Origin: Mycobacteriales bacterium
GTDB lineage: Bacteria; Actinomycetota; Actinomycetes; Mycobacteriales; SCTD01
NCBI GenBank assembly: GCA_035526225.1
Contig: DATLCV010000088.1
Coordinates: forward strand, 4,404 to 68,403
Length of the DNA: 64,000 bases
Direction of reading: 5' to 3'
The notes below the pieces were generated by a model. The model ran no database searches. It was given only the letters and a program-made list of their open reading frames with translations, and was not told where the DNA came from. How positions within the stretch are numbered: position 1 is the stretch's first letter; every line of letters begins with the position of its first letter. The translations under genes and the position numbers were made by a program. This document shows positions 60,450 through 64,000 of the stretch, piece by piece.

Positions 60450-60549
60450 GAATGACTGAAAGGGCCCGAAAGGGTGCGGCGCGCCCCGCGGCATCAGGCT
60501 GTCAGAGGTGCTTCGCAGTGACTGGTAAGGCCGGTTCTCGATCGGGCTC

Positions 60550-61518
60550 TTAGTAACCGGCGACGACGTGGGGGCGGTACGGCGAGGAGAGGCGTTCGAG
60601 CTCCTCGGCGCTCAGGGTCAGCGAGAGCGCCGCGACCGCGTCCTCGAGGTGGTGCGGCTTGGTGGCACCGACGATCGGCGCGGTGACCCCCGGCTGCTGC
60701 AGCAACCAGGCGAGCGCGACCTGCGCCCGCGGCACCCCACGCTCCGCAGCCACGGAGCCCACCGCGTCGACCACGGCCCGGTCGCCCTCCACGTACAGGG
60801 TCTTGCCGAACTCGTCGGCGGCGCTGCGCTCGGTGGCCTCGTCCCAGTCGCGCGCAAGCCGTCCGCGGGCGAGCGGGCTCCAGGGGATCACACCGACGCC
60901 TTGGTCGCGGCAGAGCGGGACCATCTCCCGCTCCTCCTCGCGGTACAGCAGGTTGTAGTGGTTCTGCATCGACACGAACCGCGCCCACCCGTGCTTCTCC
61001 TGCAGGAACAGGGCTTTGGCGAACTGCCACGCCGGCATGGAGGAGGCACCGAGGTAACGCACCTTGCCGGCGCGGACGACCTCGTCCAGCACCGCGAGCG
61101 TCTCCTCCCACGGCACGGCCGGGTCCATCCGGTGGATCTGGTACAGGTCGATGTAGTCGGTGCCGAGCCGCCGCAGGCTGTTGTCGACCTCGGCCAAGAT
61201 CGCCCGCCGAGAGAGGCCGGCGCCGTACGGTCCTGGACGCATCCGGCCGTGCACCTTGGTGGCGAGGACGACGTCGTCCCGACCGGCCAGCGACAGCAGC
61301 GCCCGACCGGTGATCTCCTCGCTGGTCCCGTCGGAGTACACGTTCGCGGTGTCGAAGAAGGTGATCCCGAGGTCGAGTGCCTGGGCGAAGAAGCGACGGG
61401 CCTCGTCCTCCGGCAGCGACCACGGGTGGGCGCCTCGGTCCGGCTCGCCGTAGCTCATGCACCCCAGGCAGATCCGCGACACCTGCAGTCCTGACCGACC
61501 CAGTTCCCTGTGCTCCAT
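60550..61518 (-). CDS. aldo/keto reductase
   Basis: [24 protein letters not shown]..., [18 protein letters not shown] and [10 protein letters not shown] are typical AKR blocks. An alternative ATG is at 61527. Confidence 0.9.
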   Translation of the reverse strand: MEHRELGRSGLQVSRICLGCMSYGEPDRGAHPWSLPEDEARRFFAQALDLGITFFDTANVYSDGTSEEITGRALLSLAGRDDVVLATKVHGRMRPGPYGAGLSRRAILAEVDNSLRRLGTDYIDLYQIHRMDPAVPWEETLAVLDEVVRAGKVRYLGASSMPAWQFAKALFLQEKHGWARFVSMQNHYNLLYREEEREMVPLCRDQGVGVIPWSPLARGRLARDWDEATERSAADEFGKTLYVEGDRAVVDAVGSVAAERGVPRAQVALAWLLQQPGVTAPIVGATKPHHLEDAVAALSLTLSAEELERLSSPYRPHVVAGY

Positions 61519-61536
61519 GGACCACATCCTGACGGG

Positions 61537-62433
61537 TCAGTGCCGGCGGTGGTCCTGCACGGTCATCCGCGGCCCGAACCGGGGTTTGGCCGGCCCGGCG
61601 AGCTCCAGCAGCCGGATGACCCGGGCACGGTGCGGCCGCCACGGCTCGAGCAGGGCCAGCATCTCCTCGTCCTCCACCGGCCGGCCGACGAGCGCCCAGC
61701 CCACGAGCGCGGCCAAGTGGTAGTCGCCGACGCTGACGGCGTCGGTGTCGCCCAGTGCTCGGACGGCAACCTCCGCCGCGGTCCACTCCCCCACCCCGGG
61801 TACGGCGGTCAGCCGGGTGTAGGCGTCCTGCCGGTCCATGGCGACCGTCTCCTCCAGCCGCGCAGCCACCTGCGCCGCGGCGAGGACCGTCCGCGTGCGC
61901 CGCGGGTCGACGCCGGCCTGGTGCCACTCCCAGCTCGGCACGTGCCGCCACGTCTCCGGCGACGGTGGGACGCGAAGGCCCGCAGGCACGGGTCCGGGAG
62001 CGGGCTCGCCGTACCGGCGCAGGAGCAGCGCGTACGACTGCCGGGCCTCCTTGCCGGTGACCTTCTGCTCGATGATCGCGGGCACCAGGGACTCGAAGAC
62101 CCTGCGGGTCCTGGGGATCCTGATGCCGGGGTGGCGGCGGTGGACGCGCTCGAGGAGCGGGTGCACAGGGTCGAGGTCGCCGCCCTCCCCGAGCAGCTCG
62201 GGCAGGCCGTCGAGGACCCAGTCGGCGCCCGGGCCCCACGCGGTGCAGGTGACGCCGTCGCCCTGGACGAGCCGGTACGACGCCGGCCCGTCGGGGGTGA
62301 GGGTGGCCCGCCAGAGGGCGCCGTCGCGCGTGGTGCGGTGGGTGGGGTCGGTCGTGGCGTGTCGCAGCAGCGCGAGGCTTCGGTGCAGGTCGAAGGGACC
62401 CTCCGGACGCCAGACCCTCTCCACAATGCCCAC
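61537..62433 (-). CDS. HhH-GPD DNA glycosylase (AlkA-like 3-methyladenine glycosylase II)
   Basis: The helix-hairpin-helix [21 protein letters not shown] is followed by VSVGDYHL (catalytic Asp region). The start is GTG 62433 or 62424. The rest of the 587-aa ORF is antisense to scoA and is rejected. Confidence 0.78.
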   Translation of the reverse strand: MGIVERVWRPEGPFDLHRSLALLRHATTDPTHRTTRDGALWRATLTPDGPASYRLVQGDGVTCTAWGPGADWVLDGLPELLGEGGDLDPVHPLLERVHRRHPGIRIPRTRRVFESLVPAIIEQKVTGKEARQSYALLLRRYGEPAPGPVPAGLRVPPSPETWRHVPSWEWHQAGVDPRRTRTVLAAAQVAARLEETVAMDRQDAYTRLTAVPGVGEWTAAEVAVRALGDTDAVSVGDYHLAALVGWALVGRPVEDEEMLALLEPWRPHRARVIRLLELAGPAKPRFGPRMTVQDHRRH

Positions 62434-62463
62434 GCTAGGTTGTCCAGCGTCGAAGGAGGGCGT

Positions 62464-63213
62464 GTGGACAAGGTCGTGGGCAGCGCTGCCGAGGCGGTCG
62501 CGGACATCCCGGACGGTGCCTCGCTCGCGGTCGGGGGGTTCGGCCTGTGCGGCATCCCCCAGGCCCTCATCCAGGCGCTCCTGGAGGCCGGCACCACGGA
62601 CCTCGCCACGGTGTCGAACAACTGCGGCATCGACGAGTGGGGCCTGGGCTCGCTGCTCGCGGCCAAGCGGATCCGCCGTACGACGGGGTCCTACGTCGGG
62701 GAGAACAAGGAGTTCGAGCGGCAGTTCCTCTCCGGCGAGCTGGAGGTGGAGCTGGTGCCGCAGGGAACCCTCGCCGAGCGGCTGCGCGCCGGTGGAGCGG
62801 GCATCCCGGCCTTCTACACCCCGGGCGGTGTGGGGACCCAGGTCGCCGACGGCGGGCTGCCCATCAAGTACGACGGGTCCGGTGGCGTGGCGATCGCCAG
62901 CGAGCCGAAGGAGGTGCGCGCGTTCGACGGCCGCGAGTACGTCCTCGAGCAGGCGATCACCTGTGACTTCGCCCTGGTGCACGCGCGCTACGGCGACCGG
63001 CACGGCAACCTCGTCTACGAGAAGAGCGCGCAGAACTTCAACCCGCTGTGCGCCGCCGCCGGCCGGGTCACGATCGCCGAGGTCGAGGAGCTGGTCGAAC
63101 CCGGCGAGCTCGACCCGATGCTCGTGCACACCCCGGGGGTGTTCGTGCAGCGGGTGGTGCACGTGCCCGACGTGGAGAAGCGCATCGAGCGGAGGACCGT
63201 CCGTGCTGAGTAG
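62464..63213 (+). CDS. scoA: 3-oxoacid CoA-transferase subunit A
   Basis: AGGAGG lies 4 nt before GTG 62464. The protein reads [32 protein letters not shown]...[11 protein letters not shown]. Confidence 0.92.
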   Translation: MDKVVGSAAEAVADIPDGASLAVGGFGLCGIPQALIQALLEAGTTDLATVSNNCGIDEWGLGSLLAAKRIRRTTGSYVGENKEFERQFLSGELEVELVPQGTLAERLRAGGAGIPAFYTPGGVGTQVADGGLPIKYDGSGGVAIASEPKEVRAFDGREYVLEQAITCDFALVHARYGDRHGNLVYEKSAQNFNPLCAAAGRVTIAEVEELVEPGELDPMLVHTPGVFVQRVVHVPDVEKRIERRTVRAE

Positions 63214-63835
63214 GGAGGAGCTCGCCGCGCGGGTCGCTCTGGAGCTCGTCGACGGGCAGTACGTGAACCTCGGCATCGGTCTGCCCACGCTGGTGCCCAA
63301 CTACGTGCCCGCCGACGTGCACGTCGTGCTGCAGTCGGAGAACGGGATCCTCGGCGTCGGGCCCTACCCGGTCGAGTCGGCCGTCGACCCCGACCTCATC
63401 AACGCCGGCAAGGAGACCGTCACCACCAACGCCGGGGCGGCCTTCTTCGACAGCGCCACGTCCTTCGGGATGATCCGCGGCGGGCACATCGACGTCGCGA
63501 TCCTCGGCGCGATGCAGGTGTCCGAGAAGGGTGACCTGGCCAACTGGATGATCCCCGGGAAGATGGTCAAGGGGATGGGTGGCGCGATGGACCTCGTCCA
63601 CGGCGCGAAGCGGGTCATCGTGATGATGGAGCACGCGGCCAAGGACGGTACGGCGAAGATCGTCCGCGAGTGCTCGCTGCCCTACACCGGCCTGGCGTGC
63701 ATCCAGCGCATCGTCACCGACCTCGCCGTCATCGACGTCGAGCCCGAGGGCCTGGTGCTGCGCGAGCTCGCTCCGGGCGTCACCCTCGACGAGGTCCGCG
63801 CCAAGACCGAGCCGGACCTCGTCATCGCTCTGTGA
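63203..63835 (+). CDS. scoB: 3-oxoacid CoA-transferase subunit B
   Basis: GTG at 63203 overlaps the scoA end by 11 nt. LQSENGILG carries the catalytic Glu (SENG motif). [12 protein letters not shown] is also present. Confidence 0.92.
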   Translation: MLSREELAARVALELVDGQYVNLGIGLPTLVPNYVPADVHVVLQSENGILGVGPYPVESAVDPDLINAGKETVTTNAGAAFFDSATSFGMIRGGHIDVAILGAMQVSEKGDLANWMIPGKMVKGMGGAMDLVHGAKRVIVMMEHAAKDGTAKIVRECSLPYTGLACIQRIVTDLAVIDVEPEGLVLRELAPGVTLDEVRAKTEPDLVIAL

Positions 63836-63863
63836 CAGCAGTCGCCCGCCGTACTCTCGGGGT

Positions 63864-64000
63864 ATGCAGGAGCCGCTAGACATCCGCTTCGAGGCGACGC
63901 TCGGGAAGGCGCGCCCGGGTGACACGTGGACCTGCGTCAACCTTCCCGGGTCGGCCGAGCTCTTCGGCACGCGCGGCTTGGTGAAGGTGGCGGGGACGGT
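63864..64000 (+). CDS. DUF1905-like protein (N-terminal part; runs off the right edge)
   Basis: My own translation from ATG 63864 reads MQEPLDIRFEATLGKARPGDTWTCVNLPGSAELFGTRGLVKVAGT. This resembles the DUF1905 pattern (F.A.l...g...W.fv.vP......fg.rg.v.V.gt). Confidence 0.5.
   Translation, partial: MQEPLDIRFEATLGKARPGDTWTCVNLPGSAELFGTRGLVKVAGT

Noticed and set aside
60450-60549. Small GNRA-type hairpin GCCC-GAAA-GGGU and the repeated gaaaggg downstream of the aldo/keto reductase, as an intrinsic terminator
   Set aside because: The stem is only 3-4 bp and the downstream U-tract is interrupted. I could not support it as a terminator.

Overview
This is a 64-kb, visibly very GC-rich chromosomal segment of an Actinomycetota genome (GC not computed). 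GTG starts and strong third-position G/C bias are common, and long Arg/Ala/Gly/Pro-rich shadow ORFs occur in every frame. I support 56 CDS (two truncated at the window edges), one gene remnant, two coding tandem repeats and four candidate regulatory sites. I saw no rRNA, tRNA, CRISPR array, integrase or transposase. The backbone is a conserved actinobacterial core region. As I recall it, the order matches M. tuberculosis Rv3234c-Rv3262 and the Streptomyces secA-to-fbiB region: patatin and WS/DGAT, secA, hpf, comF-like, lpqB-mtrB-mtrA, ahcY, manB with a Trm112-like gene, DUF3499, a GT2 gene with DUF5719, whiB, and fbiC / fbiA-fbiB. Operons are defined by many 4-nt start/stop overlaps (GTGA or ATGA). 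Between the core blocks lie five less-understood modules. (1) 19.0-26.7 kb: a five-gene, translationally coupled MoxR AAA+/DUF58 membrane module next to mtrAB-lpqB, plus a SpoIIM-like/RDD pair. (2) 26.7-36.1 kb: an eight-gene same-strand cluster joining a Liv-type ABC importer to an alpha/beta hydrolase, a PucR regulator, an acyl-CoA synthetase and a secreted lipase. It has a palindromic operator-like site upstream. (3) 36.3-40.4 kb: a coupled c-di-GMP pair whose phosphodiesterase carries an unexpected C-terminal recombinase-type HTH. (4) 52.7-55.1 kb: an ~810-aa helical-repeat protein beside whiB, with a Lys/Pro/Ala-rich tail encoded by perfect 15-bp tandem repeats. (5) 60.0-60.5 kb: a low-GC remnant of a DUF222/HNH-type gene. 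All family names rest on motifs I read in the translations and on remembered family signatures. No database search was run.
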